DNA from: Gemmatimonadota bacterium
Lineage (GTDB): Bacteria; Gemmatimonadota; Gemmatimonadetes; Gemmatimonadales; GWC2-71-9
Direction of reading: 5' to 3'
Length of the DNA: 64,000 bases
Assembly: GCA_036679605.1 (NCBI GenBank)
Contig: JAZDCZ010000365.1
Span: forward strand, 32,001 to 96,000
Below are positions 31,394 to 38,664 of this stretch, one piece after another. The first letter of the stretch is position 1. Each line of letters begins with the position of its first letter. The position numbers and the translations under genes are program-made. The notes below the pieces were generated by a model. It was not told the DNA's origin. It made no database searches and saw only the letters and a list, made by a program, of their open reading frames with translations.

Positions 31394-32458
31394 ATGACGA
31401 TGCCTCGGCTGCTGCGATCGGCCAGGGCTGCGGCCCTGGTCGTCACGACGATTTCCGGCTGCGCAGATGCTCGTCGCGCACCGAGCACTGCCGAGTCTGT
31501 AACCCTCGTCCCCATGGATACGCTGGTTGCCACCGCCTCCGAGCTACTCGGCGGCGTGTACGACTTGGCGGTATCGCCGGACGGGGATGTTTATGTCGCG
31601 GACTATGGCTACAAGCACGTGCTGGTGGTCGGCCCCGACGGTGCGGTCCGCCGGACGATTGGCAAGCAAGGGTCGGGTCCTGGCGAGTTCGAAATGCCCT
31701 ACGTCGTCTACGCCGGCGCGGATTCGGTCCGGGTGTTCGACGCCGCGAGCAATCGGGTGCAGGTGTTCGACCGCGCCGGTGGGCTGGTTCGGAGCTATCG
31801 GCTGGACGCACCCGGCCTCGGAGGCGGTCGTGACTTCCGGGACGACGGTTCGCTCGCCGCCACGATTGGTGGCTTCGACAATGCGATGATCCTGGTGCTC
31901 GACGCGGCTGGCACCCGCGTCGGCAACTTCGGCGAACCAATCATTCCACCGGTGACCTTCTACGACTTCACTGCGCTCAAGTCCGAGATACGGGACGGCC
32001 GCGTCCCCGATGCGTTCCGGAATCGGGCAACACTCGCCTGGGGCCCAGAGCAGTCGCTCTATCTCGTCTTCCTCGCCGAGCCCCAGGTCCGCCGGTACGC
32101 CGCCGCCGGAAGGCTTCTGTGGACTCGTACACTGGACGAGCCCGTGCTACGCTCGGCCCGAGAGACGTTTATCCGCAAGAACATTGAGGAGCCGAACCCG
32201 TCCCGCATACACTCACTCCAGTACGTCACCGACGTCGCGGTGGTGGGTGGAGCCTTGTGGCTCCTGCTGAACACCGCCGATGAGGATGACGGGCTGCTGC
32301 TCGTGCTCCGTGCCGACGACGGCGCGGTTCGCCGCCGCGTCACCTTCCCGGGTTTGCCGAACACCGGGTACTTCGCGGTGGACCAGTCACGGCGAAGGCT
32401 GTACATAGCGCCGCGCGGTGAAGCGTCGGTACTGATTTTCGAGTTGCCGAGCTTGTGA
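31394..32458 (+). CDS. 6-bladed beta-propeller (NHL/TolB-like) lipoprotein
   Basis: Lipobox ISG-C; DLAVSPDGDVYVAD, IGKQGSGPGEF, NRVQVFD. Confidence 0.85.
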   Translation: MTMPRLLRSARAAALVVTTISGCADARRAPSTAESVTLVPMDTLVATASELLGGVYDLAVSPDGDVYVADYGYKHVLVVGPDGAVRRTIGKQGSGPGEFEMPYVVYAGADSVRVFDAASNRVQVFDRAGGLVRSYRLDAPGLGGGRDFRDDGSLAATIGGFDNAMILVLDAAGTRVGNFGEPIIPPVTFYDFTALKSEIRDGRVPDAFRNRATLAWGPEQSLYLVFLAEPQVRRYAAAGRLLWTRTLDEPVLRSARETFIRKNIEEPNPSRIHSLQYVTDVAVVGGALWLLLNTADEDDGLLLVLRADDGAVRRRVTFPGLPNTGYFAVDQSRRRLYIAPRGEASVLIFELPSL

Positions 32459-32459
32459 T

Positions 32460-32816
32460 AGCACGGTTGTCCCAGGCAAGTTTGAAATCATCTATTTCAT
32501 CCACGCGGTGAACTGTGCGCACGCCGAGTTCTACGGTCACCAGAGACTCGCCCATTATCGCGCGACAGGAGAGTTCTTCGACGTGCCTATTGGGGTTGCC
32601 ATCGATGCGATCGACGAGGTGGCCAAGCAGTTTGCCATCAACATGGACCTTGCTCGGCCTAAGAAGCGGGGCGGTTGGGGAGACAAGTGGCTCCCCCAGG
32701 CTTTCCGGCACGTGGTCAGTCCATGTCCTCATTGCGGGAAAAAGAACAAAATTCACATGCTTGCGGTGCCGTTTATCCCGAAGTGTGTAAAGTGCCGCAG
32801 AAATCTCTCGGGCTGA
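32460..32816 (+). pseudogene. 5'-truncated T5orf172/MUG113-type GIY-YIG domain followed by a zinc ribbon
   Basis: Frame open from 32460: STVVPGKFEIIYFIHAVNCAHAEFYGHQRLAHYRATGEFFDVP resembles the C-terminal half of T5orf172; CPHC...CVKC; N-terminal GIY-YIG part missing. Confidence 0.6.
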
Positions 32817-32842
32817 GGACGGATCGCCTCGTGCCGATAACG

Positions 32843-34051
32843 ATGTGCCAGCTCACGGCGCTGCTAGCATTCGCGGCGATCAGTACATTTGCCTGTGGCC
32901 AGGGCGAAGCTCCCGGGCCCTGGCTGGGCTCAATCGACACGCTGCCATCCGGCACGATCCGGACTGTGAACCCGGCCCAAGGAATCTGGAATCGCAGGAC
33001 GGCCTGGCGCATCGCAGAGAACCTCAGGATTGGATCGCTGGACGGTGGACCCGAGGAGTTTGACCGGATCGTGGATCTGGACGTGGACGATTGGGGCCGC
33101 ATCTATGTGCTCCTCGACCGCCGTGCCGAGATCCGTGTATTTGATGAACGAGGAAACTACGTTCGTACCATTGGTCGTCGAGGCGGCGGACCCGGCGAGT
33201 TCAGAGCCCCTGTCAGCTTGGACATAGACTCGCTTGGTCAGATATGGGTTACGGACCCGATGAACCTTCGGTACACCGTCTTTGACTCAACTGGTACGTT
33301 CCGCTTTGGCCGAAGTCGCCACAGCAAGTTTTCTACTTTTGGAGGGGTTCGCGGTGATAGAGTCGGTGTCGATGGAGCATTGTTCGATGCGGATGTCCAC
33401 GCTAGCGCGCCTTCCGTCTTTGAGTATCGCTTCTTCAAGCTCGACACAGCGTTCACGCCCATCGATACCATAATCGTACCCCGGGGCAACCGCACTCCGT
33501 CGACCCGTCCACTTCCGTTCCGGCCATACAGTCCGAGAGGGCTCTACTCGCTGGATCTTAGAGGATACGTGTGGTACGGTGTTTCCACCACTTATGAGGT
33601 TTTTCAGCTCGGTTTTTCCGGTGATACAGTTCGCTCGGTAGGTCGTGATTTCGAGCCGCAAGTGATAACAGACGCGGAACGTGCGTCGATAGCTGAGGCT
33701 AGCCAACGTGGCAACCGGGAGATCGGGATTCCCGGTTCTAGGAGTAGTCCGGACATACCTACACACAAGCCCGCAATAGCGCGGATATTCGTTGACTCGC
33801 GTGGCTATTTGTGGGTTGTACCGTATGGCGAAGTAGACGGTGAGACGCACAACCTCGATGTGTTTGATCCAGACGGGAAATATCTGGGTCAAGCAACAGC
33901 AGATTTCCCCATTGGTCTTGAGCCCAGCGGGATGCCGGCTGTGCTAAGAGGAACGCCGATAGTCATCAGAGGTGACAACCTGTATGCGGTGACCTTCGAC
34001 GATCTCGACGTACCCTTCGTTGTCCGAGCACGTATTCAAGTACGGAGGTAG
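32843..34051 (+). CDS. 6-bladed beta-propeller lipoprotein
   Basis: Lipobox TFA-C; LRIGSLDG, DVDDWGRIYV, IGRRGGGPGEF, DVFDPDGKYLG, DDLDVPFVVRARI. Confidence 0.88.
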   Translation: MCQLTALLAFAAISTFACGQGEAPGPWLGSIDTLPSGTIRTVNPAQGIWNRRTAWRIAENLRIGSLDGGPEEFDRIVDLDVDDWGRIYVLLDRRAEIRVFDERGNYVRTIGRRGGGPGEFRAPVSLDIDSLGQIWVTDPMNLRYTVFDSTGTFRFGRSRHSKFSTFGGVRGDRVGVDGALFDADVHASAPSVFEYRFFKLDTAFTPIDTIIVPRGNRTPSTRPLPFRPYSPRGLYSLDLRGYVWYGVSTTYEVFQLGFSGDTVRSVGRDFEPQVITDAERASIAEASQRGNREIGIPGSRSSPDIPTHKPAIARIFVDSRGYLWVVPYGEVDGETHNLDVFDPDGKYLGQATADFPIGLEPSGMPAVLRGTPIVIRGDNLYAVTFDDLDVPFVVRARIQVRR

Positions 34052-34077
34052 CTTCGTGAGCATGCCTTTTAACCCGA

Positions 34078-34241
34078 AAACTCCGATTGTTATTACGTAT
34101 CCGCTGTGACGGCTCTATCTTCCAATGCCTTGGATTGTCGAGATTATCGCTGGGGGAGACTCTTGCCTGATATTCGGGTAGTGCGGCCTGCGGAGATCGT
34201 GAACCCGTTACGCGCCGCGCGTAATACTTGATAGAGCTTGA
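34078..34241 (+). repeat. Repeat A copy 2 (5'-shortened) ending at the cassette start GATAGAGCTTGA
   Basis: AAACTCCGATTGTTATTACGTATC...TGTGACGGC.CTATCTTCCAATGCCTTG...GCGGCCTGCGGAGATCG...AACCCGT...CGCGTAAT nearly identical to copy 3. Confidence 0.9.
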
Positions 34242-34253
34242 GGGGAGATCGTC

Positions 34254-34931
34254 GTGAAGCCGAAGGAATTGCTGGAAGCACTACAAAGAGTAATTGGTCT
34301 CTCAACAGATTCCGCTGTAGCGCGGCTAATTGGGCTTACTTCGGGTCGTGTAAGCCAATGGCGTTCTGGCAAGCGCGATTTAAGTGCTCGCCAGGTGGCA
34401 AACCTAGTGAAACGAGTAGCTTCATTAGCCGGAACCGAGCAACTCGGAAACGCTATTCGTCCAATTGTTGAGTTGTACCCTGTAGATTGTGTCGCGTCGA
34501 AGCAAGATGCCCGCTGGCTGATTCTCCCGACGGATAAGCGAAAAAATCCCCGTCGGAACAAGCTACGAAAGCACCTTGAAAAAGCAAAAGGCATCTATTT
34601 CTTCTACAACTCAGAAGGGGAAGTGGTATATGTAGGTCAGACCCAGAAACGTACTCTGTGGAAAAGAATGAATGAAACATTCAACCGAGAGGCGCAATCA
34701 CATCAGGCATATGTTGTGCGGCATCCGTCCACAGGAAGCGCTTTTGTTCCCGCATGGAGTAAGCTGCGCCAGCCCGTCAAGCGAATTGTCTATCTGTATG
34801 ATATCGCAGCCTATTTTTCAGCCTACGAGGTAGCGGAGCCACTCATAGACAATCTTGAAGCAATGATAGTACGTGCTTTCTGTAATGACTTGGCAAATGT
34901 GAAAATGGAGAAATTCAAATTCAAGCTCTAA
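34254..34931 (+). CDS. XRE-type HTH fused to a GIY-YIG nuclease-like domain (integron cassette gene)
   Basis: TDSAVARLIGLTSGRVSQWRSGK (HTH); GIYFFYNSEGEVVYVGQT, R, LEAMIVR..N (GIY-YIG); AT-richer than the flanks; stop codon lies in the attC TAAC. Confidence 0.75.
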   Translation: MKPKELLEALQRVIGLSTDSAVARLIGLTSGRVSQWRSGKRDLSARQVANLVKRVASLAGTEQLGNAIRPIVELYPVDCVASKQDARWLILPTDKRKNPRRNKLRKHLEKAKGIYFFYNSEGEVVYVGQTQKRTLWKRMNETFNREAQSHQAYVVRHPSTGSAFVPAWSKLRQPVKRIVYLYDIAAYFSAYEVAEPLIDNLEAMIVRAFCNDLANVKMEKFKFKL

Positions 34932-35044
34932 CAAAACACTCCAGACCGACGCTCAACACTTTGCCGGTTCTGTGTTCTCGCTGCGCTCCATATTCACACA
35001 AGAACGGGCAAACTGTTGAGCGCGGCTGAGCGTAGTCGTTATAC
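34926..35044 (+). other. attC site (119 bp)
   Basis: R'' CTCTAAC, L'' CTCCAGAC-like, internal palindrome CGCTCAACACTTTGCCGGTTCT / AGAACGGGCAAACTGTTGAGCG, L' GCTGAG, R' GTTATAC. Confidence 0.9.
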
Positions 35045-35108
35045 AACCCGACCACCGTCTTTGTGCTAGACTGCAGGTGGCCTTGAACTCACTATTTGGC
35101 GGCGTACC

Positions 35109-35441
35109 TTGAAGTTACCTCACAGTGACCGAGCCCAGATTCCATCGGAGAAGTTGCGTGGCTACTTGCTCTCTTCGGAGCATCCGATCGGTAGGTTCAA
35201 GGCGCGGTTCTTCCACGCACTTGGCTACAAAGCGGAGAGTTGGGAGAAACTCGAACGAGACCTCGTCGATGCGGCCCAATCCGCGGAGGCGGAGCTGGTC
35301 CCGTCCCCGTATGGCGACAAGTACCTTGTTGGGTGTACACTTACAGGGCCGGCAGGATTGTCGGCCGGTGTGATCTCAGTGTGGATCCTGGCGCGCAGCC
35401 AGGATATTCCGCGCTTTATCACGGCATATCCTTCGGAGTGA
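35109..35441 (+). CDS. DUF6883-like protein (putative toxin)
   Basis: KLRGYLLSSEHPIGRFKARFFHALGY, YGDKY, SVWI, PRFITAYP. Confidence 0.7.
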   Translation: MKLPHSDRAQIPSEKLRGYLLSSEHPIGRFKARFFHALGYKAESWEKLERDLVDAAQSAEAELVPSPYGDKYLVGCTLTGPAGLSAGVISVWILARSQDIPRFITAYPSE

Positions 35442-35443
35442 TA

Positions 35444-35677
35444 ATGGACTACAAGACTCTCGATACGGTGGTCCTAGACCGCGATCTTCCAGATCATTCG
35501 CTTCGGCGTGGAGACTTAGGTGCGGTGGTGTACGTCCACGAACCAGATGGGATCGAGGTCGAGTTCGTCACGGCATCGGGAAAGACCGAGGCGCTCGTGA
35601 CACTCAGCTCCTCGGATGTACGACCTGTCGCCGAAACCGATCTGGTTTCGGTTCGTTCCTTCCCGAAATCAGCCTAG
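35444..35677 (+). CDS. DUF4926 protein (putative antitoxin/immunity partner)
   Basis: LDTVVLDRDLP..LRRGDLGAVV...EVEFVTASGKTEALVTL. Confidence 0.8.
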   Translation: MDYKTLDTVVLDRDLPDHSLRRGDLGAVVYVHEPDGIEVEFVTASGKTEALVTLSSSDVRPVAETDLVSVRSFPKSA

Positions 35678-35845
35678 CCGTCACAGACGGGTTGCATAAC
35701 TCGACTAAGAAGTACCTTGTTGAGACGGTGCAGTTTCCCTGCGTGCTGCCATAGCCAGTTTTCATCCCCACTCCCGCCGATCCCAGGCAACGCCCGAAGG
35801 ATACTTCAAGAATGGTTGTGGCGGATTCCGGAGTGAAATCCAGCC

Positions 35846-36013
35846 ACGCCTATTTAAGTGCGGCACTACGATGGTGTCGATTGTGGTGTCGATTATGGTG
35901 TCGATTGATACCGGTACATGACGATCTCAACGAAGCACGATGTGGGCAGATCGCGCGTTCTGTCTAGGAAATGGGCAAGGTGTCGTGATCCGATTGGCCT
36001 CGTAGCAGCCTGA
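35846..36013 (+). repeat. Repeat B copy 1 with 3 tandem RTGGTGTCGATT 12-mers (35871-35906); ends in GCCTGA
   Basis: Direct repeat of 36843-37000. Confidence 0.92.
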
Positions 36014-36053
36014 GGCGTGTCGTTAGACGGCACGCAAGAGAGCGAGGCGTGGC

Positions 36054-36410
36054 TCAGATGCGTCGCTGACGTACGTGAGTACCATCCACGATACTGATGT
36101 GATCGCGCCAAGTCACATCGGACCGCGTCAGAAGATCTAGAAGCAAACGTGTGATCTCCTCTGCGCTTTTCGGGATGATGCGCAAGAGCAGAACACCGGC
36201 AGCCAGTCGGTCAGTGCCACGCACTGCAAGTTCGCCGAAGTCCCGATCGAAAGTCACAATGAGTCGGTCCTCACGAATCGCTCTTTCGACATGTCTCACA
36301 TCTGCGGCGCCCGGCTCGGCCTCGGTGGTCGAATAGACATCGTGCCCTGCGGAACGCAGGGCACGGACGGTATCGAGGGGAATGTTTTCGTCTGCCAGCA
36401 ACCGCATCAC
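36054..36410 (-). CDS. DUF5615 PIN-like toxin
   Basis: MRLLADENIP, GHDV, D, EDRLIVTFDRDFGEL; overlaps the upstream DUF433 gene. Confidence 0.88.
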   Translation of the reverse strand: MMRLLADENIPLDTVRALRSAGHDVYSTTEAEPGAADVRHVERAIREDRLIVTFDRDFGELAVRGTDRLAAGVLLLRIIPKSAEEITRLLLDLLTRSDVTWRDHISIVDGTHVRQRRI

Positions 36411-36646
36411 GCGGCGCCGGGACGGACCGGGAGGAGCGTCTGATCGTGAAGCACTTCAGCCGCGTAGGCGAACACTGCACGAAGCGCATCATCGCCCAGC
36501 TGGGGGTAGTTCTTTTGGAGCTGTTCCTGTGACCAGCCTTCAGCCAACAGTCCCAGCACGAAATCGACGGCGAGCCGAGTTCCCTTGATGACGGGCTTGC
36601 CACCGACAACAGCGGGGTCGGCATGAATGTGCTCAGTCCAAGTCAC
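36407..36646 (-). CDS. DUF433 antitoxin
   Basis: IHADPAVVGGKPVIKGTRLAV..L..G.S.E.L..NYPQL. Confidence 0.92.
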   Translation of the reverse strand: MTWTEHIHADPAVVGGKPVIKGTRLAVDFVLGLLAEGWSQEQLQKNYPQLGDDALRAVFAYAAEVLHDQTLLPVRPGAA

Positions 36647-36842
36647 CTGTCCCTCCTGGTCCCCTAAGGTACTGCGGGGGCGTGCCGTCTAACAAGCGCT
36701 GGCTGCCGGCGCGGTAGGGAGGGAGGTTGTGCGTATGGAGAGTCTGAGAATACGGACCACCGGTGCGTGACGTGCCGTAGGAGGACGTCGAGGAATTCCT
36801 AAGGGTCGATTGGCATACGTGCTCGTGTAACCATCGTTCCGT

Positions 36843-37000
36843 ACGCCTGTCTAAGTGAGTGCACCACGATGGTGTCGATTGTGGTGTCGATTGATACCGT
36901 TACATGACGATCTCGGCGAACCACGATGTGGGCAGATCGCGCGTTCTGTCTAGGAAAGTGGGCAAGGTGTCGTGATCCGATTGGCCTGGTAGCTGCCTGA
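36843..37000 (+). repeat. Repeat B copy 2 with 2 tandem RTGGTGTCGATT 12-mers (36869-36892); runs into the tRNA fragment
   Basis: Direct repeat of 35846-36013; the terminal GCCTGA continues as tRNA-Ile anticodon sequence. Confidence 0.92.
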
Positions 37001-37080
37001 TAAGCGTGAGGTCGGAAGTTCACCTGCCCATCCCCGTCTCACCCCGTGGTGCGCTAACGCGTTAACTCTTCCCTGGCCCA
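36995..37080 (+). pseudogene. Duplicated 3' half of tRNA-Ile (attR-like) interrupted by about 41 nt in the T-loop
   Basis: GCCTGATAAGCGTGAGGTCGGAAGTTCA (36995-37022) and AACTCTTCCCTGGCCCA (37064-37080) are identical to tRNA 30905-30948. Confidence 0.9.
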
Positions 37081-37216
37081 TGACTTGAAACTGTGATCCC
37101 GCTTGGTGTTACGACATTAGGCAGGACTTCGCGTCGACGAAGCTGACAGCGCGTGTATTCATTGGTAGCACGATCTCGCTGCTTGTATCATACGTACAAT
37201 GTATGTACATTAGGAA

Positions 37217-37513
37217 GTGGCTGAACTCCGCTTTGAATGGGACGAACGCAAAGAGACCTCGAACCGGCGCAAGCATGGTATCTCGTTCGACGAGGCGAAG
37301 ACGGTCTTCGCGGATGACTGCGCGCTCTTGCTCGACGATCCGGATCACTCTGAGCAAGAAGATCGGTTCGTGTTGCTCGGACTAAGCTCGGCGCTTCGGA
37401 CCTTGGTTGTCTGCCATTGTTACGGCGAACCAGATGAGGTCATTCGGATCATCTCGGCGCGGAAGGCCACACGACCAGAGCGACAGATCTACAATCGCAG
37501 GTGGCGCCAATGA
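37217..37513 (+). CDS. brnT: BrnT family ribonuclease toxin
   Basis: FEWDERKETSNRRKHGISFDEAKTVFAD, HSEQEDRF, IRIISARKAT. Confidence 0.93.
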   Translation: MAELRFEWDERKETSNRRKHGISFDEAKTVFADDCALLLDDPDHSEQEDRFVLLGLSSALRTLVVCHCYGEPDEVIRIISARKATRPERQIYNRRWRQ

Positions 37514-37737
37514 GAAAAGAGTATGATTTCACGAAGGCCCGGAAGAACCCGTATGCAAAGCGGCTGAAGAAGTCGGTGACGATCCGTCTTGATACCGACA
37601 CGGTCGCGTACTTCAAGGATCTGGCGGCCGAAACGGGCATCGCCTATCAGACCCTGATCAATCTCTACCTTCGCGACTGTGCGGCGTCGCATAAGAAGCT
37701 GTCGATGCGTTGGGCGTCCAAGTTCGGTGCTGCCTAG
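37510..37737 (+). CDS. brnA: BrnA/CopG-like antitoxin
   Basis: MRKEYDF..NPYAKRLKKSVTIRLD..YFK....GIAYQTLINLYL; ATGA overlap with brnT. Confidence 0.9.
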   Translation: MRKEYDFTKARKNPYAKRLKKSVTIRLDTDTVAYFKDLAAETGIAYQTLINLYLRDCAASHKKLSMRWASKFGAA

Positions 37738-37887
37738 TACCTGTAAGGCCTTCGCTGTCAAGCGGCCGTAGCTAGACAACGCAGACTTTTTTGGTTTCCG
37801 TTTTGCGGTTCGTTTTCCAGCAGTGGCGTTATGGTTTCATTGCCAATGTGGTGCAAGAAAATGCTCTGCACGAAACTCCTCACTCGG

Positions 37888-38088
37888 GTTACCCATCGAG
37901 CGCTGACACGCTACCCAGCGGGATTCAGCGGCAAACTCCGATTGTTATTACGTATCGACTGTGACGGCCCTATCTTCCAATGCCTTGAGATTATTGAGAT
38001 TGTCGGGGGGAAGACTCTTGCACGATATTCCGTTAGGCGGCCTGCGGAGATCGGTAACCCGTCCGGGGAGTCGCGTAATGGGTTGGGC
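37888..38088 (+). repeat. Repeat A copy 3 ending in a GTTGGGC core
   Basis: Full-length homolog of copy 1 and near-identical to copy 2; GTTGGGC at 38082. Confidence 0.9.
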
Positions 38089-38109
38089 GATCACCAATCG
38101 AGAATAGCG

Positions 38110-38535
38110 ATGACACATCTGTTATCAACGGAAGATAGAGATTTTCAGGCCCAGTTTGAGTCCCGCAAGTCTCCACCTGCGGAGTTCAATCATCGTGCGC
38201 ACCTGAGACTGCCCTACGCTTACCTGGCCGAGCACGACACCGAAACAGCTCATCGATTGATGCGCGAAGCGCTGCAACACCTTCTCGAACATAACAGCGT
38301 CGATATTTCGAAATGCCATGAAACCATGACTCGAGCGTGGATTATGGCAGTACGGCACTTCCTGGAGGGGATTTCAAACTCCGAATCATCTGACTCATTC
38401 ATTGAGCAGAATCCAACAATGCTCTATGCGAAAATCATGATGACGCACTACTCACCGGAGGTGCTCCTTTCGGACGAGGCTTGCGCAAGATTCGTTGAGC
38501 CAGATCTAGGCCCAATATCGAGATATGGTGGGTAA
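38110..38535 (+). CDS. Hypothetical cassette protein (FxHxxHLR family)
   Basis: MTHLLSTEDRDFQAQFE..EFNHRAHLRL, HETMTRAW, HYS, FVEPDL; bounded by GTTGGGCGA...TCGCCCAAC. Confidence 0.7.
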   Translation: MTHLLSTEDRDFQAQFESRKSPPAEFNHRAHLRLPYAYLAEHDTETAHRLMREALQHLLEHNSVDISKCHETMTRAWIMAVRHFLEGISNSESSDSFIEQNPTMLYAKIMMTHYSPEVLLSDEACARFVEPDLGPISRYGG

Positions 38536-38538
38536 GTC

Positions 38539-38634
38539 GCCCAACCAGCCGCTACAATGGACGCCTCAGCCGCTACGCGGTCGCGATTCGCTCCGGGCTG
38601 CGGCCTCCGCCGCCACTGAGCCTAGACGTTGGGC
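38539..38634 (+). other. attC site (96 bp)
   Basis: R'' GCCCAAC (RYYYAAC) directly after the stop; L''/L' CTACAATGGACG / CGCCACTGAG; R' GTTGGGC (GTTRRRY). Confidence 0.9.
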
Positions 38635-38664
38635 TCCTCGCCCGTGAAAGGAGGGACCAAGAGA

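Larger units (their letters stand above)
30949..37080. mobile_element. tRNA-Ile-anchored genomic island remnant; no integrase in the window; cassette cargo continues to about 40-43 kb
   Basis: Intact tRNA on the left; duplicated, interrupted tRNA 3' half at 36995-37080; heterogeneous GC; TA and nuclease cargo. Confidence 0.65.

Noticed and set aside
35871..36892. 12-bp tandem repeats, or repeats A and B, as a CRISPR array
   Set aside because: The units are contiguous with no spacers, or are kilobases apart; there are no cas genes.
36995..37080. Intron-containing functional tRNA
   Set aside because: The 5' half (acceptor 5' strand, D-arm) is absent, and the insert is far too short for a self-splicing intron.
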